From NCBI GenBank assembly GCA_001563875.1, contig LKMN01000008.1, forward strand, positions 1 through 33,546: 33,546 nucleotides of DNA. Reading direction: 5' to 3'. The notes under the pieces were generated by a model. That model was not told where the DNA came from, did no database searches, and was given only the letters and a program-made list of their open reading frames with translations. This DNA is from Nanohaloarchaea archaeon B1-Br10_U2g1. Its GTDB lineage: Archaea > Nanohalarchaeota > Nanosalinia > Nanosalinales > Nanosalinaceae. A program made the position numbers and the translations under genes. Shown in pieces: positions 1 to 7,248 of the stretch (position 1 is its first letter; each line of letters starts with the position of its first letter).

Positions 1-82
1 AAAACAGGTTTTTGAGGTTTTTAGAGGCAAAGGACGGTTCTTTACCTCTTAAGAGCTGGGAGATCTCAATTGGTTTCTTCAT
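1..82 (-). CDS. 5' end of an unidentified gene running off the window (MKKPIEISQLLRGKEPSFASKNLKNLF...)
   Basis: ATG at 82 on the minus strand, 28 nt after the dnaJ stop. The frame stays open to the window edge but is too short to identify. Confidence 0.45.
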   Translation of the reverse strand, partial: MKKPIEISQLLRGKEPSFASKNLKNLF

Positions 83-110
83 TATATTTTTAGAGCTGAA
101 AATTACTTCT

Positions 111-1175
111 TCAGCTTATTAGGTCCTTCACTGTTTCAAAGAAGGACTTGTTCTTGTTCGGTTCAGACCTAAGCCCTTTCATCACTTCTTCCTGTTCTTC
201 TGTCAACTTCTCCGGTATCTCGACATCGATCTTGACATAGATATCCCCGGAGCCTCCTCGGCCAGGCATACCTTTGTTCTCTATTCTTAGAACTTGGCCG
301 GGCTGGGTGCCGGGAGGAACATCAATCTTAAGATCTGAACTAGGCGTTGGAACCTGAATTTCTGTTCCTAGGGCCGCGTCACCAACACCTATGCGGACTG
401 ACGTAAACAGGTCGGAGTCACGTCTCTCAAGTGTTTCGTGGTCTTCGACCGTTATGAAAACGTATAGGTCTCCAGTCCTACCGGTCTCTGACCGGTTACC
501 CTTGTTTCTTACCCTCAACCTCTGTCCGTCTTGAACGCCTTTAGGTATACTAACTGTTATCTTCTCTTTCTCCTCGGTAACGCCCGTGCCGTTGCAGGAT
601 CTGCATTTCTGGTCGGGTACTTTGCCTGTCCCATTACATTTGTCGCAGCGCTGAACCGTTTCTGCTCTACCAAGAGGCGTTCTCTGAACAGTTTTTACTT
701 TTCCACGACCGTCACATTCGGAACATCTGGATAGTTTTTGGTTTTCGTCACCTGTCCCGTCACAGGGCTCACATTCCCTTTTTCTTTCTACCTCAAAGGT
801 TTTCTCTACTCCCTCGTACGCATCCTCTAAAGTTATCGTGGCATTAATCTTCAAATTAAGGCTTCCTTCTCTACGTCTTCTTCCGCCTCCGAAAAGATGC
901 TCGAAAAGATCTTGGAATGTTGAGGCCGCTCTTCTCTGTCCTCTGCTTGCATGACCTTCTACGCCTTGTTCTCCAAACTGGTCGTACTTTCTCCTTTTCT
1001 CCTCGTCAGAAAGGATGTCATAAGCCTTGTTGATTTTTTTGAACTGTTCCTCGTCTGCTTCCCCAGAATTAGAGTCGGGATGATACTTTTTCGCTTTCTT
1101 CCTGTACGCTTTCTTTATTTCTTCCTGGCTAGCGTCTTCTGATACTCCGAGAAGTTTATAGTACTTTTTAGCCAC
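111..1175 (-). CDS. dnaJ: Chaperone DnaJ (Hsp40)
   Basis: J-domain with HPD (KKYHPD), four CxxCxGxG repeats and C-terminal domains ([12 protein letters not shown]). GTG start with GAGGTG SD. Confidence 0.98.
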   Translation of the reverse strand: MAKKYYKLLGVSEDASQEEIKKAYRKKAKKYHPDSNSGEADEEQFKKINKAYDILSDEEKRRKYDQFGEQGVEGHASRGQRRAASTFQDLFEHLFGGGRRRREGSLNLKINATITLEDAYEGVEKTFEVERKRECEPCDGTGDENQKLSRCSECDGRGKVKTVQRTPLGRAETVQRCDKCNGTGKVPDQKCRSCNGTGVTEEKEKITVSIPKGVQDGQRLRVRNKGNRSETGRTGDLYVFITVEDHETLERRDSDLFTSVRIGVGDAALGTEIQVPTPSSDLKIDVPPGTQPGQVLRIENKGMPGRGGSGDIYVKIDVEIPEKLTEEQEEVMKGLRSEPNKNKSFFETVKDLIS

Positions 1176-1213
1176 TTTGACTACACCTCAAAGAAAAAGA
1201 TGGGGGAGGGTTT

Positions 1214-3112
1214 TCAGGCTTTGTCCTCGTCATCATCTACTTCTTCAAAGTCTGCATCAACGACATCTTCTTCTCCGGTGTCGCCCATGTTCATGTTTTT
1301 CGCTGCCTGTTTGAGATCTTCCTCGCTCATATTGGACGGATCAAAGCCTCCTGGGCCTTGTTGGTCTCCGTAGATCTCTTTACCGATCTCTTGAAGCTGT
1401 TGTTGAAGGTCTTCAACCGCGTTTTCAAGCAGTTCGGATGCCTCTTCTAGATCTTCTACCTCCTCGGCCTCATCTTTCTTCTGTTTAAGATCTTCTATGG
1501 ACTGTTCAATAGAATCTATGACGGATTCGTCTACTTTCTCGCCGTGCTCATCAACTTGTTTCTCTGCTTGGTTTACTGCCTGGTCGGCCTTGTTCTTGGC
1601 TTCTATAAACTCTCTTCTCTTTCTATCTTCTTCCTCGTGTTTCTCGGCTTCTTCCTTCATCTCCTCAATCTCTTCATCGTCAAGACGTGAGGCGTCGTCG
1701 ATAGTGATCGAAGCTTCTTCTCCGCTCTGCTGTTCTCTAGCAGAAACTTGGAGAATTCCGTCGGCATCGATTTCGAAGGTTACTTCAATCTGTGGCTGTC
1801 CTGCAGGTGCTGGAGGAATTCCTTCAAGGTTGAAACGGCCTAGAGACTTATTGTCTCGCGCCATTTCTCTTTCTCCTTGTACTACGTTGACAGTAACCAT
1901 TGACTGGTTGTCTTGAGCGGTTGTAAACGTCTTTGATTCTTCTGCAGGCACTGTAGTGTTTTTATCTATTAGATGCTCCGTTAAGCCTCCTTTAACTTCT
2001 ACGCCAAGGCTGAGAGGTGTTACATCAAGAAGTAAAATATCGTCCATCTCGCCCGAGATGCTTCCTGCCTGGATTGCTGCTCCGAGCGCAACGGCTTCGT
2101 CTGGAGATACTTCTCTGTTTGGCTCTTGACCAGTAATTGCCTGTACATGTTCTCTTACTGCCGGAATTCTTGTAGTACCTCCTACCAGTATCACTTCATC
2201 TATATCTTTCGTTTCAAATCCAGCGTCTTCTATAGCGGTTTCTGTAGGCTTTGTGGTTCTTTGGATTAGTTCTTCCGCTAGTTCTTCGAACTTGGACCGT
2301 GTCAGCTCGTAGTCAACATTGTAGGTTTCTCCATCTTCTTGGTGAATGAAAGGGATGTTTATCTTGGTGTTTTTACGAGAGGAAAGCTCTTTTTTTGCTT
2401 CTTCGGCGTTTTCACGGATTCGCTGTAGTGCGTCCTCGTTTTCTGAGAGGTCTATACTGTTTTCGTCCTCAAACTTATCCAGTATCCAGTCTACAACTTT
2501 CTGGTCGAAGTCGTCTCCTCCTAGATCGTTGTCTCCTTCGGTACTTTTTACCTCGTAAATTCCGTCTCCCATTTCGAGAACGGTTACGTCGAAGGTTCCT
2601 CCTCCGAAGTCGTATACAAGGATTTTCTTGTCAGACTCTTCATCTATACCGTATGCTAAGGAGGCGGCTGTAGGCTCGTTAAGTATTCTTTCAACTTCAA
2701 GACCTGCAATCTCTCCTGCATCTTTGGTGGCCTGTCTTTGTGTGTCATCGAAGTGTGCAGGAACTGTGATTACAGCTTTCTCTACTGTTTCTCCTAGTTT
2801 TTCTTCAGCGTCGTTTTTCAGTTTTTGTAGGATCATTGAGGAGATTTCTTGAGGAGTGTATTCTTCGCCTTCAAGTTCTACGGTGTATTCCTCTCCCATG
2901 TGTCTTTTGATGCTTCTGACAGTGTTTTCTTCGTTTGTCAGCATCTGGTTCTTTGCAGGTTTACCCACTAGTCTTTCGTCGTTATCGAAAGCCACTATTG
3001 AAGGAGTTATTCTCTCTCCCTCTTGGTTTTCAAGTATTTCTGGTTCTCCGTCTTTTACTGCTGCTATAGCGCTTCTTGTTGTTCCGAGATCGATTCCAAT
3101 AACTTTAGACAT
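1214..3112 (-). CDS. dnaK: Chaperone DnaK (Hsp70)
   Basis: [41 protein letters not shown] motifs and an acidic VVDADFEEV tail. Lacks the N-terminal insert of proteobacterial DnaK, as in archaeal/Gram-positive DnaK. Confidence 0.99.
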   Translation of the reverse strand: MSKVIGIDLGTTRSAIAAVKDGEPEILENQEGERITPSIVAFDNDERLVGKPAKNQMLTNEENTVRSIKRHMGEEYTVELEGEEYTPQEISSMILQKLKNDAEEKLGETVEKAVITVPAHFDDTQRQATKDAGEIAGLEVERILNEPTAASLAYGIDEESDKKILVYDFGGGTFDVTVLEMGDGIYEVKSTEGDNDLGGDDFDQKVVDWILDKFEDENSIDLSENEDALQRIRENAEEAKKELSSRKNTKINIPFIHQEDGETYNVDYELTRSKFEELAEELIQRTTKPTETAIEDAGFETKDIDEVILVGGTTRIPAVREHVQAITGQEPNREVSPDEAVALGAAIQAGSISGEMDDILLLDVTPLSLGVEVKGGLTEHLIDKNTTVPAEESKTFTTAQDNQSMVTVNVVQGEREMARDNKSLGRFNLEGIPPAPAGQPQIEVTFEIDADGILQVSAREQQSGEEASITIDDASRLDDEEIEEMKEEAEKHEEEDRKRREFIEAKNKADQAVNQAEKQVDEHGEKVDESVIDSIEQSIEDLKQKKDEAEEVEDLEEASELLENAVEDLQQQLQEIGKEIYGDQQGPGGFDPSNMSEEDLKQAAKNMNMGDTGEEDVVDADFEEVDDDEDKA

Positions 3113-3129
3113 TCTGCTTAAACCACCTA

Positions 3130-3159
3130 TTTTTTGTTTACAACATTAAAAATTTTTAA
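3130..3159 (-). promoter_or_regulatory. Putative dnaK promoter/operator
   Basis: Perfect 14-bp palindrome TTAAAAATTTTTAA (3146-3159) overlapping a TATA-like tract. The 12-mer TTTTTTGTTTAC (3130-3141) recurs upstream of the cdc48 operon. Confidence 0.4.
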
Positions 3160-3266
3160 AGAGTTCACATAAAAAAAGATTGCGCGAGTCGACTCAAAGA
3201 TATACACCGGACGACAAAATCATATGAAAAAGGTATTTAGGTTGAAGATCGACAGAATCCCGAGAT

Positions 3267-3764
3267 TTAATCCTCTTTTTTAGACACTATAACGTCTGCA
3301 GGGCGTAGAACCTTTTCTCCGTGCTTGTAGCCTGGCTTTTTCTGTTCCAAGACCTTGTCTTCATCTTCGTGATGCTCGGTGTCTACAGCGTTATGTAGTC
3401 TAGGATCAAACTCTTCTCCCTCGGCGCTAATACGTTTAAGCCCTTTCTGCTCTAAGGTTTCAAACAGTTCGTCGCCCACCATCTTCACTCCATGGTAGAT
3501 CGTCGAATCTTCGTCTGCTGCGGCTAAAGCTCTTTCGAAGTTATCTATAACAGATATGAGGTCTTCTGAGAGGTCTCTCTGTGCTTCTCTTCTCCATATT
3601 TCTTTTCGTTCGGACTCGTCTTTCTTGTAGTTCTCGAAATCCGCCTTAACTTTCTTTACGATTCCCTCCAGTTCTTCACGCCTGTCCCTCTCACGGCTGT
3701 AAAGTTTCTCCATCTCGTTTAACGCCTGTTCAACCTGTTCCTGGGAGAGCTCTTCGTAACTCAT
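3267..3764 (-). CDS. grpE: Nucleotide exchange factor GrpE
   Basis: ADFENYKK, DNFERAL, FDPRLHNAV and GY...VLRPADVIV motifs. Lies upstream of dnaK. Confidence 0.97.
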   Translation of the reverse strand: MSYEELSQEQVEQALNEMEKLYSRERDRREELEGIVKKVKADFENYKKDESERKEIWRREAQRDLSEDLISVIDNFERALAAADEDSTIYHGVKMVGDELFETLEQKGLKRISAEGEEFDPRLHNAVDTEHHEDEDKVLEQKKPGYKHGEKVLRPADVIVSKKED

Positions 3765-3803
3765 AAGATACCAAATAGACCAAGAATTTAAATTATCTTA
3801 GCA

Positions 3804-4214
3804 TTAGATAGCTTCTCCTTCTGTGTTTTGACATACATGCTCCAAGGAGTCTCCTCTCATGTTCAGCTCCACAATGGCTTGAGGTTCTAAACCTTCATCT
3901 ATCTCAATCGAGGAAGTTTCAGAAGGCTCCAGGAACTGTTCTTCTTCGATCAGGGTAAGCTCATCTCCTTCTGCATAACCTGTTATATCCGTGAGATCGA
4001 CGACTCGGTCCCCATCATTTGTTATAGATAGGTAGGCGGAGTCTTCGTCGTCCCAACAGCTGTTAATGGTTATGCCTGCGAGATTGTTCGCTACATCTGT
4101 CTCGGTCTCGACACCGTCCTGAAGGTCTACCATAGCAACATAAAGTGTGGCTCCAAGACCCAACGTGACCGCTATAAGCACAACAACCGCGATCACAGGT
4201 GTAACTCCTTTCAC
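3804..4214 (-). CDS. Archaeal type IV pilin/archaellin-like protein with class III signal peptide (136 aa)
   Basis: GTG at 4214 gives MKG|VTPVIAVVVLIAVTLGLG, a prepilin peptidase site followed by a hydrophobic helix, then an acidic globular domain with two Cys. The track start at 4385 is too long. Confidence 0.85.
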   Translation of the reverse strand: MKGVTPVIAVVVLIAVTLGLGATLYVAMVDLQDGVETETDVANNLAGITINSCWDDEDSAYLSITNDGDRVVDLTDITGYAEGDELTLIEEEQFLEPSETSSIEIDEGLEPQAIVELNMRGDSLEHVCQNTEGEAI

Positions 4215-4287
4215 ATCTATAGTAGGTTTAAGCTGGTTTTTACAGGTTATTGAAGTCTTTATCAAGGACGGAAAGTATACGTTCTTT

Positions 4288-4755
4288 ATGTCAGACCATC
4301 CTTTTGTCGATGAAAAAGCAAGAAAATCAACTACTATAGTAACAAAACACTCTTTAGCAATCCCTGAGGACGAACAGAAGTTCAAAAAAAGCCAGAGAGC
4401 CTGGAACTGGGAGAAAATCGTTGATCTGTTCTTCCCTGAAGAACAGTCTCCTAAAAGGAATAAGTATGCAAAAATATTCTTGAGAGAGCTTAAAGAAGAA
4501 GGCGAGATCGACTCAGAAAAGCTGAACGCATTCGATCAATGGGGTCATGAAAAAGGAAAATCAAACCTGAAAAACAATATTCTGCCTAAATTAAGACGTC
4601 TAGGAGTAATAAAATACGAGTACTTGGAGTATCGTGGCCGCCGTGAAGGAAAACAAGGCCGTCGTAAAGTTATCAAACCAGCACGAAGCTTCTCATCCAT
4701 ACTTGACTCTATGGCTAACGGCTGGGCTGCTTACGAGTCTGCGGCACTGGAATAA
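4288..4755 (+). CDS. Hypothetical basic protein, possible winged helix-turn-helix (155 aa)
   Basis: ATG at 4288, divergent from the pilin. SNLKNNILPKLRRLGVIKYEY...GRRKVIK resembles a wHTH recognition helix plus wing. Unusually K/R-rich for this acidic proteome. Confidence 0.7.
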   Translation: MSDHPFVDEKARKSTTIVTKHSLAIPEDEQKFKKSQRAWNWEKIVDLFFPEEQSPKRNKYAKIFLRELKEEGEIDSEKLNAFDQWGHEKGKSNLKNNILPKLRRLGVIKYEYLEYRGRREGKQGRRKVIKPARSFSSILDSMANGWAAYESAALE

Positions 4756-4762
4756 GATAGCT

Positions 4763-4800
4763 GTTTCTACCCGGGTAGAAACTTCTTTTCGCAGCGCTGC
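4763..4800. repeat. Two perfect palindromes; possible bidirectional terminator or binding site
   Basis: GTTTCTACCCGGGTAGAAAC (4763-4782, 20 bp) and GCAGCGCTGC (4791-4800), lying between convergent ORFs. Confidence 0.75.
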
Positions 4801-4809
4801 TCCGCTTGT

Positions 4810-4926
4810 TTAAAGAGCGGTTGCGGCTAATACTTCTGCATCGGAACTAAGTTCTGTCTCATGACGAAGATTTGTCTCCTGCTGTGCTTGAAGCTCCGCT
4901 TCGAAGTGTCGTGTGTTCGCGTTAAT
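4810..4926 (-). CDS. Putative small ORF with non-AUG start, 38 aa (I)NANTRHFEAELQAQQETNLRHETELSSDAEVLAATAL
   Basis: AGGTG SD 7 nt before an ATT codon, acidic protein-like composition, and a stop codon in the loop of a CCGCT/AGCGG hairpin. No in-frame ATG, GTG or TTG is available as a start. Confidence 0.4.
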   Translation of the reverse strand: MNANTRHFEAELQAQQETNLRHETELSSDAEVLAATAL

Positions 4927-4966
4927 CGTTATACACCTTTTTTATCGGGTTCTATAGTGTTAAGTA

Positions 4967-5276
4967 CTGGTTGGGAGATGTTCCGGAGACAGGCTCCACC
5001 CGGCTAGCAGAGTCCGTCCTTCCAAAGTTTCCAACGGTGTAGGAGGTGACAGGTTGTTGGAATACTTTTCTGGTGTCGTGTTTTTTCGCGGTCGGCCCGA
5101 ACACCCCGTTAACAGGGGTCAAGGCTTCATCCCACTTCACTCTGCCAGATACTTAATAATTTGAGAGAAGTTAGCCTTGACCCTGGTAAACCTAAGGCTC
5201 ACCGGCATCAGATGTTTCACGGTTGCCTGGTTGTTCAGGGCCAAATTCATTAGGTTGAAGTTGGGGTCGCTACCTT
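4967..5276 (+). ncRNA. Putative structured ncRNA (~300 nt), family unassigned
   Basis: Several helices: CTGGTTGGG/CCCGGCTAG, GGAG/CTCC, TTCCAAC/GTTGGAA, CAGGGGTCAAGGCT/AGCCTTGACCCTG, ACCG/CGGT and CCTGG/TCAGG. G-U pairs work on the + strand. TATA-like tracts lie upstream and a T-tract follows the 3' end. Confidence 0.45.
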
Positions 5277-6038
5277 TTAAATATTTCTGTTTTCTACGTG
5301 TTTGAGGAAGAAACGGTGTTCTAGACGGCTATGGACGAGTTCTAGTACTTGTTCTAGGTTTTCTGTATCGTAACGGTTGTAACGTATAAGATCCTCTAGA
5401 GCGTTTTCGTTTCCTTTGTTCTCGTATTTTTTCCAAAGTCTGACTGCTTCGCGTCCATCGATATCTTCTAGCTCTCTTTCTACGCCTAGGTCTTTCTCAA
5501 TTTTTTTCAGTCCTCCGGTAAGCCCTATTCTTCTACAGGAATGCATCAGGTCGATGTGAGGAAGCTCAATATCTAGATTGTAGTTTTTTTCAAGGAAAGG
5601 CTGGTCAAACATCTTGCCGTTAAATGAAACAAGCACTTTGGATTTGTGAATCTCTTTTTGCAGGTTTTCTCTCGTAAGGTCTTGGCCTTGTACGAAGGTT
5701 TTGGACTCTCCCCCTCTGTAAAGGCTTACAGTTGTAACTTTGTTCTTTTCTGGCGATAAACCTGTTGTTTCTATATCAAAGAAAGTTGCAGACTCTTCAA
5801 AGTTTCTGTACATACGCCAAACTGATTTACTTGGTAGTTGCGAACCGAAGAAAACACTGTTACCTACTTCAAGGTTTTTGCGTGCTTTTGAGAGAAAGTT
5901 GGATATCTTTTGTTTCTTATTGTCTGAGATTGAGGATTCTGTTACGTCGTCCCAGTGTGTTATGCCTTGTTTCCACAGTTTTTTCTCGGTTTTTTCTCCT
6001 ACACCCGGTGCTAGTAGAAAACTGTTTTCGATACGCAT
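5277..6038 (-). CDS. YprB-like RNase H-fold (DEDD) exonuclease with N-terminal HhH-like motif
   Basis: PGVGEKTEKKL HhH-like motif, FFDIETTGL, SFNGKMFD, HIDL, GGLKKIEK and RYNRYD. Confidence 0.88.
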   Translation of the reverse strand: MRIENSFLLAPGVGEKTEKKLWKQGITHWDDVTESSISDNKKQKISNFLSKARKNLEVGNSVFFGSQLPSKSVWRMYRNFEESATFFDIETTGLSPEKNKVTTVSLYRGGESKTFVQGQDLTRENLQKEIHKSKVLVSFNGKMFDQPFLEKNYNLDIELPHIDLMHSCRRIGLTGGLKKIEKDLGVERELEDIDGREAVRLWKKYENKGNENALEDLIRYNRYDTENLEQVLELVHSRLEHRFFLKHVENRNI

Positions 6039-6080
6039 AAAGAAAATAATAGAAAAATAGAGTTAAGAAGTAGGGTCTTC

Positions 6081-6278
6081 TTATCGGGAAGCCCTGATGT
6101 CGCTTGCTTGTACAGTCTTTCTGCCAGCGTGTTCTGCGTACTGTTTAGAGTCTCTTGCTCTTTCTTCAGCATGTCTCTCAAGTTCATCTCTTAGTTCTTG
6201 TACTGCATCTTCTGAAACTCTGTGAGCTCCTGCTTGTTTGATGATTCTCTTGACTGGTGCAAGTGGTAGTTCTGCCAT
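6081..6278 (-). CDS. Archaeal histone (HMf-type singlet)
   Basis: ELPLAPVKRIIKQAGAHRVS...AEHAGRKTVQASDI, with a perfect GGAGGTGA SD and an upstream TTTATAA box. Confidence 0.97.
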   Translation of the reverse strand: MAELPLAPVKRIIKQAGAHRVSEDAVQELRDELERHAEERARDSKQYAEHAGRKTVQASDIRASR

Positions 6279-6517
6279 TTTATTTTCACCTCCGTATGAA
6301 AAGCTTGTGCTTTCTTATAATGGAATAATCTCCGACGCCTTATAAATATAGTGGGGGTTTAGAACTGGTCTGAGGGTAATCCATGACTTCTGAACATTCT
6401 TATCCAATAACTGACAAGTTTGGAACCTGTTGAATATGGGTGGGTTGTGCAGAGCTTTCAAATACTTCAGTGCAAAACCAGTAGAACTCTACACAACACC
6501 ACATATTTTTTGAGTGG

Positions 6518-7174
6518 TCAAAGCTGTTTCAGCTCAACGCTTATGTCTTCATCTATCTCCGCTACCGCATAGTAGCCTTCCATTACAGGTCCGGGGTTCA
6601 CAAGTTCTGTTCCTTTGATATTGTCTCGGCCTCGAGACTCGTGTATATGTCCGGTAACTAGCAGGTCAAACTCCTTGTCTTCCAAGATATCTCTAACCTC
6701 CGGGCTTCCAACATGATTGTCTTCTATCACGTCTAACTCTGTGTTGTGCGGAGGCTGGTGCAGAACAGCGACCCGGTTGTCGGAGTTCATTCTTTCGTAA
6801 AGGGTTTCGACAGCGTTCTTGATCTCTTCTCCTTCAGGTTCAAAAGGAGTATCGAAAGGCGTCTGACCTCCTCCAAAACCTACAGCCTCAAAGGTTTCGA
6901 AAGCAGCTATCTTCTTGTGAAGGTTCATCCTTCTCTCTATAAGATGTTTAACACAGGCCTTTTCAGGATCCATGTTTCCCGGAACAGCTTTGGTAAGTAC
7001 ACCCTCTTTCTCGAATACGTCAAGAACGTTCTCCAAGTTTGAGTCGTAGTCCTCATACTCGTTGTTGTCACTTAGATCTCCTGCGCAGAGAATACTGTCA
7101 AAACTCTCTTCTGAAACAATTCTTTCAAGGTTTTCGACATCTCCATGTATGTCAGTTACCAGTAGAACTCTCAT
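6518..7174 (-). CDS. Metallophosphoesterase (calcineurin-like, Icc-related)
   Basis: DIHG, AGD, PGN, HQPP and GHIHE metal-binding motifs. Confidence 0.92.
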   Translation of the reverse strand: MRVLLVTDIHGDVENLERIVSEESFDSILCAGDLSDNNEYEDYDSNLENVLDVFEKEGVLTKAVPGNMDPEKACVKHLIERRMNLHKKIAAFETFEAVGFGGGQTPFDTPFEPEGEEIKNAVETLYERMNSDNRVAVLHQPPHNTELDVIEDNHVGSPEVRDILEDKEFDLLVTGHIHESRGRDNIKGTELVNPGPVMEGYYAVAEIDEDISVELKQL

Positions 7175-7248
7175 AACCCAACATTGTGGCCGAGAGGTTT
7201 AATTTGTTGGCCGGCTTTACTTAACTTTCGAGTTAGAAAACTGTCTGT

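Noticed and set aside
1497-3149. Ser-rich + strand ORFs opposite dnaK, and similar ones opposite pdhC, lpdA, cdc48, topA, tyrA and polB
   Set aside because: These are antisense shadows. Reverse complements of Glu/Asp/Lys-rich coding sequence give long Ser/Phe/Leu frames.
4147-4385. Overlapping N-terminal extensions of the 3804..4385 and 4147..4755 ORFs
   Set aside because: Starts at 4214 (signal peptide) and 4288 (ATG) remove the overlap and leave a normal divergent promoter gap.
4952-5140. 62-aa minus-strand ORF from the track
   Set aside because: No SD, non-acidic composition, and it lies within the structured region whose G-U pairs favour the + strand.
4756-5276. Complete canonical tmRNA, RNase P RNA or SRP RNA
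   Set aside because: No T-arm (GGTTCRANTCC) or acceptor CCA, no RNase P GAGGAAAGTCC/CR-V pair, and the CAGG...AGCAG near 4990-5010 lacks the GNRA-capped SRP helix 8 geometry. Kept only as an unassigned RNA candidate.
6279-6517. Possible RNA gene upstream of the histone
   Set aside because: Largely explained by the histone SD, 5' UTR and TATA box. No convincing helices or tRNA motifs.
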